Of a stretch of 64,000 nucleotides of DNA, positions 45,422-55,427 are shown piece after piece. This DNA is from a virus (Duplodnaviria > Caudoviricetes): positions 1 through 64,000 of IMG/VR virus record IMGVR_UViG_3300033069_001491, one strand, 5' to 3'. The first letter of the stretch is position 1, and each line of letters opens with the position of its first letter. Made by a program: the position numbers and the translations under genes. The notes under the pieces are model-generated. The model was not told the DNA's origin. It did no database searches and saw only the letters and a list, made by a program, of their open reading frames with translations.

Positions 45422-47425
45422 GTGCAGACCTTCGACTTCTCACAGAGCGTTTTTTCGCCTAAAGTGACCCTGCCGCCTACAACTCAGCTGATCTTCGTGT
45501 CAGACATGTTCATCGAGGACTACGTCGGCGGAGCGGAGCTGACGTCAGAGGCCCTGATCACTTCGAGCCCGGGACTTAAAGTCTTCAAACTACACTCAAA
45601 GGATGTGACCTCCGACCTGATCAAAGAAGGCGCGGATCGCTTTTGGGTGTTCGGGAATTTCTCTCTGCTAGCTCCGCAGCTAATCCCCAGCATCATTGCA
45701 AACCTTCGGTACTCTATCTTGGAGTACGACTACAAGTACTGCCGCGCACGGTCTCCAGAGAAGCACTTCAACGAAACAGGAACTCCATGCGACTGTGCTG
45801 GACAAACCAACGGACGAATGATCAGTGCCTTCTATTACGGATCAATGGGTTTGTGGTGGATGAGCGAGGCACAGCGTGATCGTTACTTGACGGCCTTCCC
45901 ATACCTGTCAGAAAGGGACAACGTAGTCCTGTCCAGCGTCTTTGATAGGTCCACGCTGGACAGGATGGCAAACTTGCGTGCTGCAGCACCACTTGATCGG
46001 AAGGGTTGGATTGTCCTGGGTTCAGACTCCTGGGTCAAGGGCGCACAAGACGCTGAAGACTGGTGCAAGGCGACTGGCAAGCAGTACGAGGTTGTCTGGA
46101 ATGTGCCTTATCAACAGTTGTTGGAACGAATGTCGCGTGCCGAAGGCTTCGTCTACTTGCCTCGAGGAGGCGACACCTGTCCCAGAATGGTGATTGAGGC
46201 AAAATTGCTCGGGTGCAAGCTTCACCTCAACGACAACGTCCAGCACCGCAATGAGTCATGGTTTGCCACTGACGAGTTGCGGGACATCCAGGATTACTTG
46301 TCGGCCAGACCTGTCAAGTTCTGGGCAGGCATCAAGAAGATGATGGATTATCGACCCACCATCAGTGGATACACCACCACGTACAACTGCGTCAAGCAGG
46401 CCTATCCGTTCGAGCAGTGCATTGAGTCAATGTTACAGTTCTGCGACGAAGTATGTGTGGTCGACGGTGGCTCGACGGATCATACGTGGAAGACCCTTCG
46501 CAAAATCCAAGAAGGACTCGTCTCACCGGCCAAGAGCCTCAGGTTGTTCGATTGTGACGAGTCGCGACTGGCGTACTTCAATCATGAATCGCCGCTCAAG
46601 CTCAAACAGGTCGCCCGCGACTGGTCGGCCAAACACCACCCGGTCTTCGACGGCATGCAGAAGGCTGAAGCACGGTCGATGTGCACTCAGGAGTTCTGCT
46701 GGCAGACAGACTGCGACGAAGTCGTCCACGAAGATGACGGCAGAAAGGTCCGCGACCTATGCCGCATCTTGCCTAAAAGCGCTGACATTATGGCCTTGCC
46801 CGTCATTGAGTATTGGGGAGGTCCTGACAAGGTGCGAATGGACATTCAACCGTGGAAGTGGCGCTTGAGCCGCAACTTGCCTCATATCACTCACGGTATC
46901 CCCCGCGAGCTGCGGCGGATGACGCCTGATGGGCGGCCATACGCAGTCCCGGGCACCGATGGCTGTGACATGATCGACCGTGAGACAGGTAACGTGCTGC
47001 CTCACATTTCATTTTACCCTTCTGAAGCAGAACAGCTACGTCGCTCTGCTATGTCCGGCCACGAGCCTTCGAGACTACAGTACGAGCAATGGTTCAATCA
47101 GGTCGTCAACGGGTTGCCTTGCGTCTTTCACTATAGCTGGTACGACCTGGAGCGCAAGATTCGCCTATACCGTGACTATTGGCAGAATCATTGGAATGCC
47201 CTGTGGGACCGTGACACGGCAGACGACGCCCGGAACAACCTGATGTTTGGCATCCCGTGGAAGGACGTCACCGATGCCATGATCAAGGAACGTGCGGCGA
47301 CGATGCACCAGAGGTTGGGCGGTTGGGTGTGGCACCGCCCATGGGATGGCAGGACGACCACGCCTCACATTAAGTGCAATCGCACCCAACCGATGGTGAT
47401 GAAGTCAGAGCGTCGGACGGTGTAG
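45422..47425 (+). CDS. Two-domain glycosyltransferase (GT-B-like N-terminal + GT2/GT-A C-terminal)
   Basis: FVYLPRGGDTCPRMVIEAKLLG (GT4-like); TTTYN..EVCVVDGGSTD and QTDCDE (GT2 DxD); TACAAT-6 nt-GTG. Confidence 0.8.
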   Translation: MQTFDFSQSVFSPKVTLPPTTQLIFVSDMFIEDYVGGAELTSEALITSSPGLKVFKLHSKDVTSDLIKEGADRFWVFGNFSLLAPQLIPSIIANLRYSILEYDYKYCRARSPEKHFNETGTPCDCAGQTNGRMISAFYYGSMGLWWMSEAQRDRYLTAFPYLSERDNVVLSSVFDRSTLDRMANLRAAAPLDRKGWIVLGSDSWVKGAQDAEDWCKATGKQYEVVWNVPYQQLLERMSRAEGFVYLPRGGDTCPRMVIEAKLLGCKLHLNDNVQHRNESWFATDELRDIQDYLSARPVKFWAGIKKMMDYRPTISGYTTTYNCVKQAYPFEQCIESMLQFCDEVCVVDGGSTDHTWKTLRKIQEGLVSPAKSLRLFDCDESRLAYFNHESPLKLKQVARDWSAKHHPVFDGMQKAEARSMCTQEFCWQTDCDEVVHEDDGRKVRDLCRILPKSADIMALPVIEYWGGPDKVRMDIQPWKWRLSRNLPHITHGIPRELRRMTPDGRPYAVPGTDGCDMIDRETGNVLPHISFYPSEAEQLRRSAMSGHEPSRLQYEQWFNQVVNGLPCVFHYSWYDLERKIRLYRDYWQNHWNALWDRDTADDARNNLMFGIPWKDVTDAMIKERAATMHQRLGGWVWHRPWDGRTTTPHIKCNRTQPMVMKSERRTV

Positions 47426-47434
47426 GATGATCAC

Positions 47435-47695
47435 ATGTTGACCCAAGAAGGTGAGTTGGCCCAAAACGCCACCTATCGTACGCTCATCTGGAACTTTCTG
47501 CGTTGGAAGCCAGGCAGCGATGGTAAGACAGCGACCGAGCTATTCCGCTGGATGCAGAGTTGTGGTTGGACGGTGAGAATGAGTAGCCTGTCGAGCCAAC
47601 TCACTCGGATGGTGAAGTCAAAGGAACTCACCGTCCTCGCTGAGAGAAAAGGCCCACGGGGTGGCAATGTTTACATCTTGGGAAAGGATGGATGA
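47435..47695 (+). CDS. Small winged-helix-like DNA-binding protein
   Basis: TATELF...SSLSSQLTRMVK..GPRGGNVY; TAGGAT-6 nt-ATG. Confidence 0.55.
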   Translation: MLTQEGELAQNATYRTLIWNFLRWKPGSDGKTATELFRWMQSCGWTVRMSSLSSQLTRMVKSKELTVLAERKGPRGGNVYILGKDG

Positions 47696-48420
47696 TGAGA
47701 CACGTCGGCATCAAGCAGAAACTCGAGGAGATGGGAGTCTCCACTGACTCGATCGTCATGGGAGACTTCGATTTCATCGGTGAGTTTACGGCAAAGCGTG
47801 ACCGCCATCCGAACGACCCCAACTACAAACGCTTCGGAGCCTTCTATCGTTCCAACTACGAACGAGGCATCCTGATCTACTACCTGATTCGACAGCACAA
47901 CTTGTCGTCAATGCTAGAGATTGGGTTTGGACGAGGGTACGCTACATTCTGTGCCGCTCGAGCGTTCCATGACGCTGGGATCGCCGGCAAGATCCTGACG
48001 ATCGATCCTGCCCTCGACGAGAACTACCTACAGGCTCTATCAAAGGTCTTTCCGCAGGACTGGTTCAAGTACGTCCAGTTCGGCAAGGCCACATCACAAC
48101 AGGCCCTGCCCACGCTGCTCGAGCGCTATGACCTGGTCTATATCGATGGTGATCACTCCTATACCGGTACCAAGCACGACTGGGAACACACCAAGGACAA
48201 ATGGGACAAGTTCCTGTTGTTCGACGACTACCACATGCCCACCAAGGGCGACCCGGGCATTCAGTGCAGTCAGTTGATCGATGAGGTCGATGACCCCTCG
48301 AAGGAGCTGATCATCATGGACCGCCGGTTGTTCTTCGATGACCGCCTGTTGCCCGATGACAAGGTTGACTATGGACAAGTCTTGTTGTCCAAGTCCGGAG
48401 CAACCCGTGATGACTGGTGA
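47692..48420 (+). CDS. Class I SAM-dependent methyltransferase (Methyltransf_24-like, possibly sugar O-methylation)
   Basis: LEIGFGRGYAT motif I, YDLVYIDGDHSY, LLFDDY. Confidence 0.8.
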   Translation: MMRHVGIKQKLEEMGVSTDSIVMGDFDFIGEFTAKRDRHPNDPNYKRFGAFYRSNYERGILIYYLIRQHNLSSMLEIGFGRGYATFCAARAFHDAGIAGKILTIDPALDENYLQALSKVFPQDWFKYVQFGKATSQQALPTLLERYDLVYIDGDHSYTGTKHDWEHTKDKWDKFLLFDDYHMPTKGDPGIQCSQLIDEVDDPSKELIIMDRRLFFDDRLLPDDKVDYGQVLLSKSGATRDDW

Positions 48421-49183
48421 GAACAGATTTGTCTTCGTTGCTCCGATGTACAACGCTTCGGAAACCCTGGAACGAATGCTGCACTCGCTCTATGGGCAGT
48501 CCTACGGCAACTGGAGGCTCTTTCTCATTGACGACGTCTCTGACCGTGGTGAGACTCGACGTTGTGAAGAGATCCTGTACACGTTCAATGTGTTAAACAG
48601 TCTGCGTGTCCGCGTCATCTGGAATGATGAGAAGAAGTGGGAGGTCGCCAATGTCCTTCACGGTATCTCTTTATGCGAACCTGACGACATCATCTGTCGT
48701 ATTGACGCAGACGACTGGCTGACGGACCTAGATGCGTTGGCGATCATTGACCACGCATATCGACAATATGAGCTCGACTGCCTGTGGACGGCACACCGGT
48801 GGGGCCTGTCAGACAAGAACATCAGTGGACCCATGCCCAACGGAGCCGATCCGTACAAGCACCCATGGGTTTCCAGTCACCTGAAGACGTTCCGCAAGAG
48901 GCTCCTCGATGGGGTGCCTTACGAAAACTTTCTCAACATGAATGGTGACTTGGTCAGACGAGCTGGCGACCAATGCCTATATCTACCTGTACTACGCAAT
49001 GCCAAGTCGCGAGCCTACCTGCCTCGAGTCATGTACCACTACCACATTGATGAACGTGGTGGGGCCGTGTACCAAACCGACGACGCCCGATTCCAGAAAG
49101 CAGAAGCAGACTTCATCAGGGCACGAGGGTACATTGAGTCAGGAATGCCTTGGGAAAAAACGACGAAGGCGTATCGTTCATAA
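48410..49183 (+). CDS. Glycosyltransferase family 2-like
   Basis: FVAPMYNA, LIDDVSD, RIDADDW, HLKTFR, GDQ..YLP; probable start ATG 48410. Confidence 0.85.
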   Translation: MTGENRFVFVAPMYNASETLERMLHSLYGQSYGNWRLFLIDDVSDRGETRRCEEILYTFNVLNSLRVRVIWNDEKKWEVANVLHGISLCEPDDIICRIDADDWLTDLDALAIIDHAYRQYELDCLWTAHRWGLSDKNISGPMPNGADPYKHPWVSSHLKTFRKRLLDGVPYENFLNMNGDLVRRAGDQCLYLPVLRNAKSRAYLPRVMYHYHIDERGGAVYQTDDARFQKAEADFIRARGYIESGMPWEKTTKAYRS

Positions 49184-49193
49184 GCACCCTGAA

Positions 49194-49721
49194 TTGCAGG
49201 CTAGAATTGCACGTCTTTACACATCAGAATCGATGTCATCGACTTCGATTTATTCGATGTTGTGCGTTGAAGGCATCGACATCAGCTATTCAGGTGTGCT
49301 TACGTGCATCCGCTTGAGCGGAGTAACGAGAACTCGAAGTGAGGCATCAAGACGTGCGTCATTTGTCGAGCGACGGCTTTGCAAACATTGTAAGGAACAA
49401 TTCCAAATCACAAATTCTGCACAGGTGTATTGCTCAACATGTTGTCCGACGAAACGAGCATACCAGCGACTGAAATACTACAATCTGTCGCAGCCAGAAT
49501 TTGAGGCTCTGCTTCGAGCTCAACAAGACTCTTGTGTCATCTGCAAGGGTGTCCTAGTAGAAGGCGGCGCCACAAATCTCAATGTAGATCATTGTCACCT
49601 CACTGGCAAGGTAAGAGGCCTACTGTGTCATCGATGCAACATGATCGTCGGCTTCCTTGATAAGGGCGACTGGCGTTCGAACATTCAAATCTTGATTTCA
49701 TACATCGAAAGAAACACATGA
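49194..49721 (+). mobile_element. Endonuclease VII-family (His-Me finger) putative homing endonuclease; start uncertain
   Basis: CVICKG..NVDHCHLTGKVRGLLCHRCNMIVG and YNLSQPEFEALL..Q; candidate starts are TTG 49194 or ATG 49233. Confidence 0.75.
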
Positions 49722-50026
49722 GACGTTTCTACCTGCAACGAAACCAGGACGCATCCGGCGTATCTGGTCTGGGGAGGGTGGCCGAAGGCTGCCAGTTTGA
49801 CAACGGTTGGTGTGCGCTAGTATGGTTGACGAGCGCAGATCCAGACGATGAGGTGCATGCCTTCTATCACAGCGTCCAACGTGTCGAGGAGATTCATGGC
49901 CATGGTGGCATGACCAGCGTCGTTTGGATTGACGACGAATCGTCCAACGTCATCATCAAGAAGGACTCGACGCCCGGCGTACCGACGTGCAAGAACTGCT
50001 GGGATCCGGAGCAGTGGGCCAAGTGA
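49718..50026 (+). CDS. Hypothetical phage protein
   Basis: RRFYLQRNQDASGVSGLGRVAEGCQF..IHGHGG; ATGA overlap. Confidence 0.7.
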   Translation: MRRFYLQRNQDASGVSGLGRVAEGCQFDNGWCALVWLTSADPDDEVHAFYHSVQRVEEIHGHGGMTSVVWIDDESSNVIIKKDSTPGVPTCKNCWDPEQWAK

Positions 50027-50058
50027 AGTAGCCCGGCTCGGAGTGGTACAATCGTGCC

Positions 50059-51012
50059 ATGAAGGTCTACATCAATCGTCAGGTCGTCCGCGGTCCTTGG
50101 GGCGGCGGGAACATGTTTGTTAATGCCTACCGCAAACTGGGCACCGCTGGCAACGTCGAGGTCATGGAGGGCTACACCGCTCAACTGGCCCCGGACGTCG
50201 CCTTGTTGGTAGGTCTCGATCGCGAGGGCGATGACGTGGGCGTCGAGCAGGCGATCAGCTACAAGATGTACATGAATCCGGCGTGCAAGCTGGTGCTACG
50301 TGTCAACGAGAACGATGCACGCAAGGGTACTGACTACATGGACAATGCACTGGTGCAGGTCTCACAGTTCCTCGACGGCACTGTCTTCGTCAGCAAGTGG
50401 CTGCAGGACTATTTCGTTGCGAAGGGATGGGCCTGTGACAACCAAGCCGTCATCGTCAACGGCATTGATCGTGACGTCTTCAAGTCTGGGCCGAAGTTCA
50501 ACGACGGCAAACTCCATATCGTCGCCCACCACTGGAGCGACAACCGCCTGAAGGGTGCCGACATCTACGAAGAAATCGACAGGCTTGTGGGCGAGCACCC
50601 CGACAAGTTTGCCTTCACCTACATTGGGCGTCATAAGTGCGATTTCAAACACACCCGCGTCGTTAGGCCACTGCATGGTGTTGCCTTGGGCGAGGAACTG
50701 GGCAAACACGACGTTTACGTCTCGGCCTCACGGTGGGACCCAGGACCCAATCACGTGTTGGAGGCCCTGGCCTGTGGTCTGCCCACCTTCGTCCACAAGG
50801 ACGGTGGGGGCTGCGTAGAGTTCGCTGGCCACGCGCAGGCATATCAAGACTGGGACGAATTGCGTGACTTCCTGACGACTGTCGAGCGCGGTCGAGTGAT
50901 GAAAAACGTCGGTCACATTCCCATCTGTGACTGGCAAACGTGCGTCCAGGAGTACAATGCGTACCTGGAGGCCACGTGGCAAGCAACCAACTCAGATTCG
51001 TCGAGTTCCTGA
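50059..51012 (+). CDS. Glycosyltransferase family 4 (GT-B)-like
   Basis: GPWGGG, VFVSKWL, IVNGID, DVYVSASRWDPGPNHVLEALACGLP; TACAAT-6 nt-ATG. Confidence 0.85.
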   Translation: MKVYINRQVVRGPWGGGNMFVNAYRKLGTAGNVEVMEGYTAQLAPDVALLVGLDREGDDVGVEQAISYKMYMNPACKLVLRVNENDARKGTDYMDNALVQVSQFLDGTVFVSKWLQDYFVAKGWACDNQAVIVNGIDRDVFKSGPKFNDGKLHIVAHHWSDNRLKGADIYEEIDRLVGEHPDKFAFTYIGRHKCDFKHTRVVRPLHGVALGEELGKHDVYVSASRWDPGPNHVLEALACGLPTFVHKDGGGCVEFAGHAQAYQDWDELRDFLTTVERGRVMKNVGHIPICDWQTCVQEYNAYLEATWQATNSDSSSS

Positions 51013-51356
51013 ACCGGTACATCGTCGACACCATCCAACGCAAGTTCGAGCAACAGCAGCTCAACCCCGCTACCATGCGCGAGATCAGGTCCACCATCCG
51101 GACCGTGATTGACGGCGTCTTCACCAAGAGTGATAACTGCAAGCTGACTGAGACGGCTCGGGCCTGGTTGACTAACCAGTACTTCAGGCGCTTGCAGGTC
51201 AACGACAGCCAGACTATGGACGACCTGATCGTCATCAATGAATACAAGCTGGCACAGTTGTCGTACAGTGACATCGTGTTGCTGCGCGACCTCTACGACC
51301 AGACCGATTTAGCCGATGAGCTCAACGCGGAGCACAGCTCGAGGAGCGCATCATGA
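50976..51356 (+). CDS. Hypothetical protein, paralog of 51353..51721
   Basis: Probable GTG start after GGAG (MASNQLRFVEF); aligns by eye with the next ORF. Confidence 0.7.
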   Translation: MASNQLRFVEFLNRYIVDTIQRKFEQQQLNPATMREIRSTIRTVIDGVFTKSDNCKLTETARAWLTNQYFRRLQVNDSQTMDDLIVINEYKLAQLSYSDIVLLRDLYDQTDLADELNAEHSSRSAS

Positions 51357-51721
51357 AGCCAGGAGAGTTCAATGAGGCCATCAGCCGGCTGCTAGAGGTC
51401 AAGCTCAAGCCATTTGTCACCGAACAACGGGATCTCAACCTGTTGACGTGCACAGAGATCTATACCACCATCTTCGATGTGCTGGCTGAGGTCGTCACCC
51501 AATCTAAGGCCCCTGTCTCCAACGAGGCCTTGAACTACTTGGCGCAGCAGTACTACGATGGCATCCTGATCAACAGCTCTCAGGAGCTGGATCCCAACAT
51601 CTTCACCCAACGTGCCAAGTTGGAGAACATCGAGACACGCGAATTGGCATTGCTGGCAGTGATGCTGTGGGGCACCGACTTCGCCAAACCCATCCTGGCC
51701 CAGATCAAGCAGAGATCCTGA
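51353..51721 (+). CDS. Hypothetical protein, paralog of 50976..51356
   Basis: ATGA-coupled; shares the pattern LN..T..EI..TI..V...V.T.S...A..L..QY..N.SQ..D..I..KL..LL..TD.A. Confidence 0.7.
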   Translation: MKPGEFNEAISRLLEVKLKPFVTEQRDLNLLTCTEIYTTIFDVLAEVVTQSKAPVSNEALNYLAQQYYDGILINSSQELDPNIFTQRAKLENIETRELALLAVMLWGTDFAKPILAQIKQRS

Positions 51722-51722
51722 C

Positions 51723-52703
51723 GTGCGCGTCCACTTCGATAACGTCTTGCGGCCTGGGACCGGCCCGGGCACCTTCGCTCATCGACTTGCGCGTTGTTTG
51801 TTCAAAGCTGGACACCAGGTGCAGTTCCACGGGTCGGACGCCGACGTGTCGTTGGTGTTCATCGAGCCGTCCGGAGCCCCCCTCGCTCCTAAGGTCGTCC
51901 AACGCCTTGACGGTATCTGGTTCAAACCAGAAGAGTATGAGTCTAAAAATAGGCATATTAAAGCCCTATATGAGAAGGCGGATGCAGTTATCTGGCAGTC
52001 GCTTTTCGATAAAAAGATGTCGGTATTCCACTGGGGTGATCCTGGTGTCAAGCGAACGCCTTTTCAAGGGTGTGTTCTACCGGAGCCAGTGGATCTAGTC
52101 ATCGGCAATGGCATTGAGCTCGAACCAATCAAGGAAATCACCATTCCAGCGCTGGCCTCAATGCGGCAGGAGTACGAACGCATCTTCGTCTGCAGCAGCA
52201 ACTGGCACGCTCAAAAACGTCTGAGTTCCAACGTGGCGCTGTTCCAGCGCCTGCGTATCATGTACCCTCGCAGCTGCTTGATCATCATGGGTGATCGACC
52301 GGACGTCATGATCGCTGATCCCCACGTCTTCTACACCGGCGTGGTCGAACCCGAGATCTACATGCAGGTCTATTCAGTCGCTGACTGGATGCTACACCTA
52401 GCTTGGGCTGATCACTGCCCGAACGTGGTGGTCGAAGCACTGTCGCAGGGAACGCCTGTCATCTGCAGTGAGGTCGGCGGTACCAAAGAACTGGTCGGGA
52501 ACGGCGCCTACGGGATGGTCCTTAAGGAAGAACCTTACGGATTCCAGCTGTACGACTATGACAACCCGCCTGTCATCGACGTGTCGCAGGTGGCCTTCCT
52601 TCCCTCTCGACATGATCTTGACTACAAGGGAATTCCATCCATCGACATCAGAGACGTGGCAGACCGGTACGTTCAGTTGTTCGAACGCCTCTGTGGGCAA
52701 TAG
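51723..52703 (+). CDS. Glycosyltransferase family 4 (GT-B)-like
   Basis: GPGTF, IWQSLF, IGNGI, HLAWADHCPNVVVEALSQGTPVICSEVGGTKE. Confidence 0.85.
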   Translation: MRVHFDNVLRPGTGPGTFAHRLARCLFKAGHQVQFHGSDADVSLVFIEPSGAPLAPKVVQRLDGIWFKPEEYESKNRHIKALYEKADAVIWQSLFDKKMSVFHWGDPGVKRTPFQGCVLPEPVDLVIGNGIELEPIKEITIPALASMRQEYERIFVCSSNWHAQKRLSSNVALFQRLRIMYPRSCLIIMGDRPDVMIADPHVFYTGVVEPEIYMQVYSVADWMLHLAWADHCPNVVVEALSQGTPVICSEVGGTKELVGNGAYGMVLKEEPYGFQLYDYDNPPVIDVSQVAFLPSRHDLDYKGIPSIDIRDVADRYVQLFERLCGQ

Positions 52704-52713
52704 AATGGTCATC

Positions 52714-53697
52714 ATGAAGCGCGCCTTCATCACCGGCCCGACCGGACAAGACGGTTCCTATCTGTGTGAATTGTTGCAGAGCAAAGGATACGAGGTCCAT
52801 GCCTTGGTTCGACAGTCAACACAGTTTACACCTGATCGTTGGGGTCACCTGCGTGTTGCCATGCAAAACGGTCTCACTGTGCATCACGGTGACCTGACCG
52901 ACGCATCATTGATTCGAAACCTGATCGAGAAGATTCAACCTGATGAAGTCTACAACCTGGCGGCACAGTCACACGTTGGACAGTCGTTCGAGCAACCTGT
53001 CAACACTGTAGACGTGACAGCGATGGGTCCACTTCATCTGTTGGAGGCCATTCGGCGTAGCTGTCCCACGGCGCGATTCTATCAGGCGAGTTCCAGCGAG
53101 ATGTTCGGCAAGGTGGCTGAGACCCCGCAAAAGGAGACGACGCCATTTCATCCTCGTAGTCCGTATGGCTGTGCTAAGGCTTTCGGGCATTATATCACCC
53201 AAAACTACCGTGAGGCGTACGGGATTTATGCCGTCAACGGCATCATGTTCAATCATGAGAGCGAGCGACGAGGTGAAACATTCGTGACTCGTAAGATCAC
53301 TCGAGCCGTTGGCCGCATCCGCGCCGGGCTGCAGGACGAATTGGTCCTTGGAGACACCAGCGTCAAACGTGACTGGGGATATGCCCCTGACTACGTTGAA
53401 GTGATGTGGAAGATGCTACAGGCGACGGACCCAGTTGATCTGGTCATTGGGACAGGAGAACACCACACAGTCCAGGAGTTCGTTGATTTGGCGTTTTACC
53501 AGGCGGGCCTAGATCCAAAGAAGTACGTTCAACAAGATCCACAGTTCATGCGACCCGCTGAAGTCGACATCTTGCGCGCTGATCGAACGCGCGCCTTCCA
53601 AGTCCTGGGTTGGGAACCTCGAGTCGACTTTCACGGTCTTGTCAGGCGAATGGTCTTGCACGACATGTCGTTGGCTGACAATGAGAGGCAGAAGTAA
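52714..53697 (+). CDS. gmd: GDP-mannose 4,6-dehydratase
   Basis: ITGPTGQDGSYL, YNLAAQSHV, FYQASSSEMFG, PRSPYGCAK, GIMFNHES, FVTRKIT, RDWGYA. Confidence 0.95.
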   Translation: MKRAFITGPTGQDGSYLCELLQSKGYEVHALVRQSTQFTPDRWGHLRVAMQNGLTVHHGDLTDASLIRNLIEKIQPDEVYNLAAQSHVGQSFEQPVNTVDVTAMGPLHLLEAIRRSCPTARFYQASSSEMFGKVAETPQKETTPFHPRSPYGCAKAFGHYITQNYREAYGIYAVNGIMFNHESERRGETFVTRKITRAVGRIRAGLQDELVLGDTSVKRDWGYAPDYVEVMWKMLQATDPVDLVIGTGEHHTVQEFVDLAFYQAGLDPKKYVQQDPQFMRPAEVDILRADRTRAFQVLGWEPRVDFHGLVRRMVLHDMSLADNERQK

Positions 53698-53698
53698 C

Positions 53699-54601
53699 GT
53701 GCCTAAACGCGTTTTCATGCTCGCTCCTAACGAAGACTGGATCTGTGATCGAATCGTGAAGGAGTGGTACGAGGACAATGCAGACATCAGCGTCAAGCAA
53801 CCTAAAAACGCAGACGTCATCTGGCTCTACAGCGACTGGTGTTGGACTCAGGTAGGTCTTGGCTTCTTGGCTACCAAGAAGGTGCTGGTGACGATTCACC
53901 ACTTGGTACCTGACAAGTTCGGCTACCGCGAGCGCCAAGACTTCATGCTGCGCGATCGGTACGCTCACGCCTACCACGTCCCCAACGAACACACGGCAAC
54001 TTTCGTCAGGAGTCTGACAGAGAGACCGATCCACGTCATTCCTTATTGGGCAAACCAGCACATCTGGAGGCCTACCGGGACGAAAGAAGCCCTCAGAAAA
54101 AAATACGGGTTGCCAGAGGATGGCTTCCTAGTCGGCTCGTTCCAAAGGGACACAGAAGGCAAGGACTTGTCATCGCCCAAGCTGGAGAAGGGACCTGACC
54201 TGTTGGCTGACAACCTGATCAAGCTGGCGGGTGTCGCGCGAGGCGTTCACGTTGTCCTGGCTGGTTGGCGTCGTCAGTACCTGATCGGTCGCCTGCAACA
54301 GGCTGATGTTCCGTACAGTTACTTTGAGCTACCGTCACAGGAGGTCGTCAATGAACTTTATCAGACGCTCAGCATGTACATGGTGTCGGCTCGCCACGAG
54401 GGTGGGCCTCAAGCCTTGATCGAATGTGGCTTGTTGAACGTCCCCTGCATCTCCCGCGACGTAGGAATGGCAAGAATGGTCCTGCCTGAGCGTGCAGTCA
54501 ATGATGACCTGTGGTTGGCACGACCTGCCGTTCCCGACGTGGAGCGGTTGAAGTTGCCTGCTGGATACAAGCCGTACCGTGACCTGATCGAGGCCATGTG
54601 A
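53699..54601 (+). CDS. Glycosyltransferase (GT-B)-like
   Basis: Probable GTG start 53699; GSFQRDTEG, KGPD, YMVSARHEGGPQALIECG..ISRDVG. Confidence 0.75.
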   Translation: MPKRVFMLAPNEDWICDRIVKEWYEDNADISVKQPKNADVIWLYSDWCWTQVGLGFLATKKVLVTIHHLVPDKFGYRERQDFMLRDRYAHAYHVPNEHTATFVRSLTERPIHVIPYWANQHIWRPTGTKEALRKKYGLPEDGFLVGSFQRDTEGKDLSSPKLEKGPDLLADNLIKLAGVARGVHVVLAGWRRQYLIGRLQQADVPYSYFELPSQEVVNELYQTLSMYMVSARHEGGPQALIECGLLNVPCISRDVGMARMVLPERAVNDDLWLARPAVPDVERLKLPAGYKPYRDLIEAM

Positions 54602-55416
54602 GAGAAGAACCCGCAATTCTATTGGTCACCTGTTGTCTCGAAGAGACGCGGTACAAGATTGTCCGTCAGGTCATCGACAACATCGTAGACGACTGTCCGT
54701 ATTCCTGGCGCCGGCGGCTGACCGTCTTTGACAACGCTTCGACGTACCTGGGCCTAGGGGAGCTGTGCACTGCCTTCTCGAATGTGGTCCGGACCGATCA
54801 CAATGTGGGTTACTGGACGGCTATCGACTGGTGGCTCGATTCGTTGAAGGCCGACCCGCCGAAGTACACCTACATCATCGAGTCCGACATGATCCACTAC
54901 GGTGCTCACGACATGGGCAAGTGTGTCAGTTTCCTGGATGAACACCCAGAGTTGGGCTCGGTGAGGCTGCACGAGTACTATGTCGCTCAACGGCACCTCT
55001 ACGACAAGGACAATCCTCGGCCCGATTCTCGGCGAAACCTGTGGCAATCACACACCAACAGGGCCACCGGTCAACCCATCGTCCACGAACAGGTCGATCG
55101 TGATCTGTATCGGACCAACTTCCTGACGCAGTTGCCTGCCCTCAACCGATATTCGACCATGGTAGAGTGCTTCGACGACCTACGGCAGCGCCCCCAGTTC
55201 ACTGAACCTGACTTTCAGGCCTTGTATCATGCTCGTTACCCAGAGATTGCGATCTTGGATGGCGGCATGTTCAACTGTGACCTCAATCCGTACGGCACCG
55301 ATGTAGTCACCGGCTCATGGACCGACGCTGAGGCCCTGAAGCGGTTAGGTTACCAGAGTACCCGACATGCCTCCATCGTGTCTCGTGATCAGTACACCGT
55401 GACCCGAGTGCGGTAG
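54598..55416 (+). CDS. Glycosyltransferase (GT-A/GT2)-like
   Basis: VFDNAS, NVGYW and YIIESD (DxD-like) motifs; locus context. Confidence 0.6.
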   Translation: MREEPAILLVTCCLEETRYKIVRQVIDNIVDDCPYSWRRRLTVFDNASTYLGLGELCTAFSNVVRTDHNVGYWTAIDWWLDSLKADPPKYTYIIESDMIHYGAHDMGKCVSFLDEHPELGSVRLHEYYVAQRHLYDKDNPRPDSRRNLWQSHTNRATGQPIVHEQVDRDLYRTNFLTQLPALNRYSTMVECFDDLRQRPQFTEPDFQALYHARYPEIAILDGGMFNCDLNPYGTDVVTGSWTDAEALKRLGYQSTRHASIVSRDQYTVTRVR

Positions 55417-55427
55417 ATTGGAACTAC

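Noticed and set aside
49146-49165. Canonical -1 programmed frameshift joining GT2 to the endonuclease VII-type ORF
   Set aside because: The downstream ORF is in the +1 frame, and the G3A6 run is not phased as X XXY YYZ in the GT2 frame.
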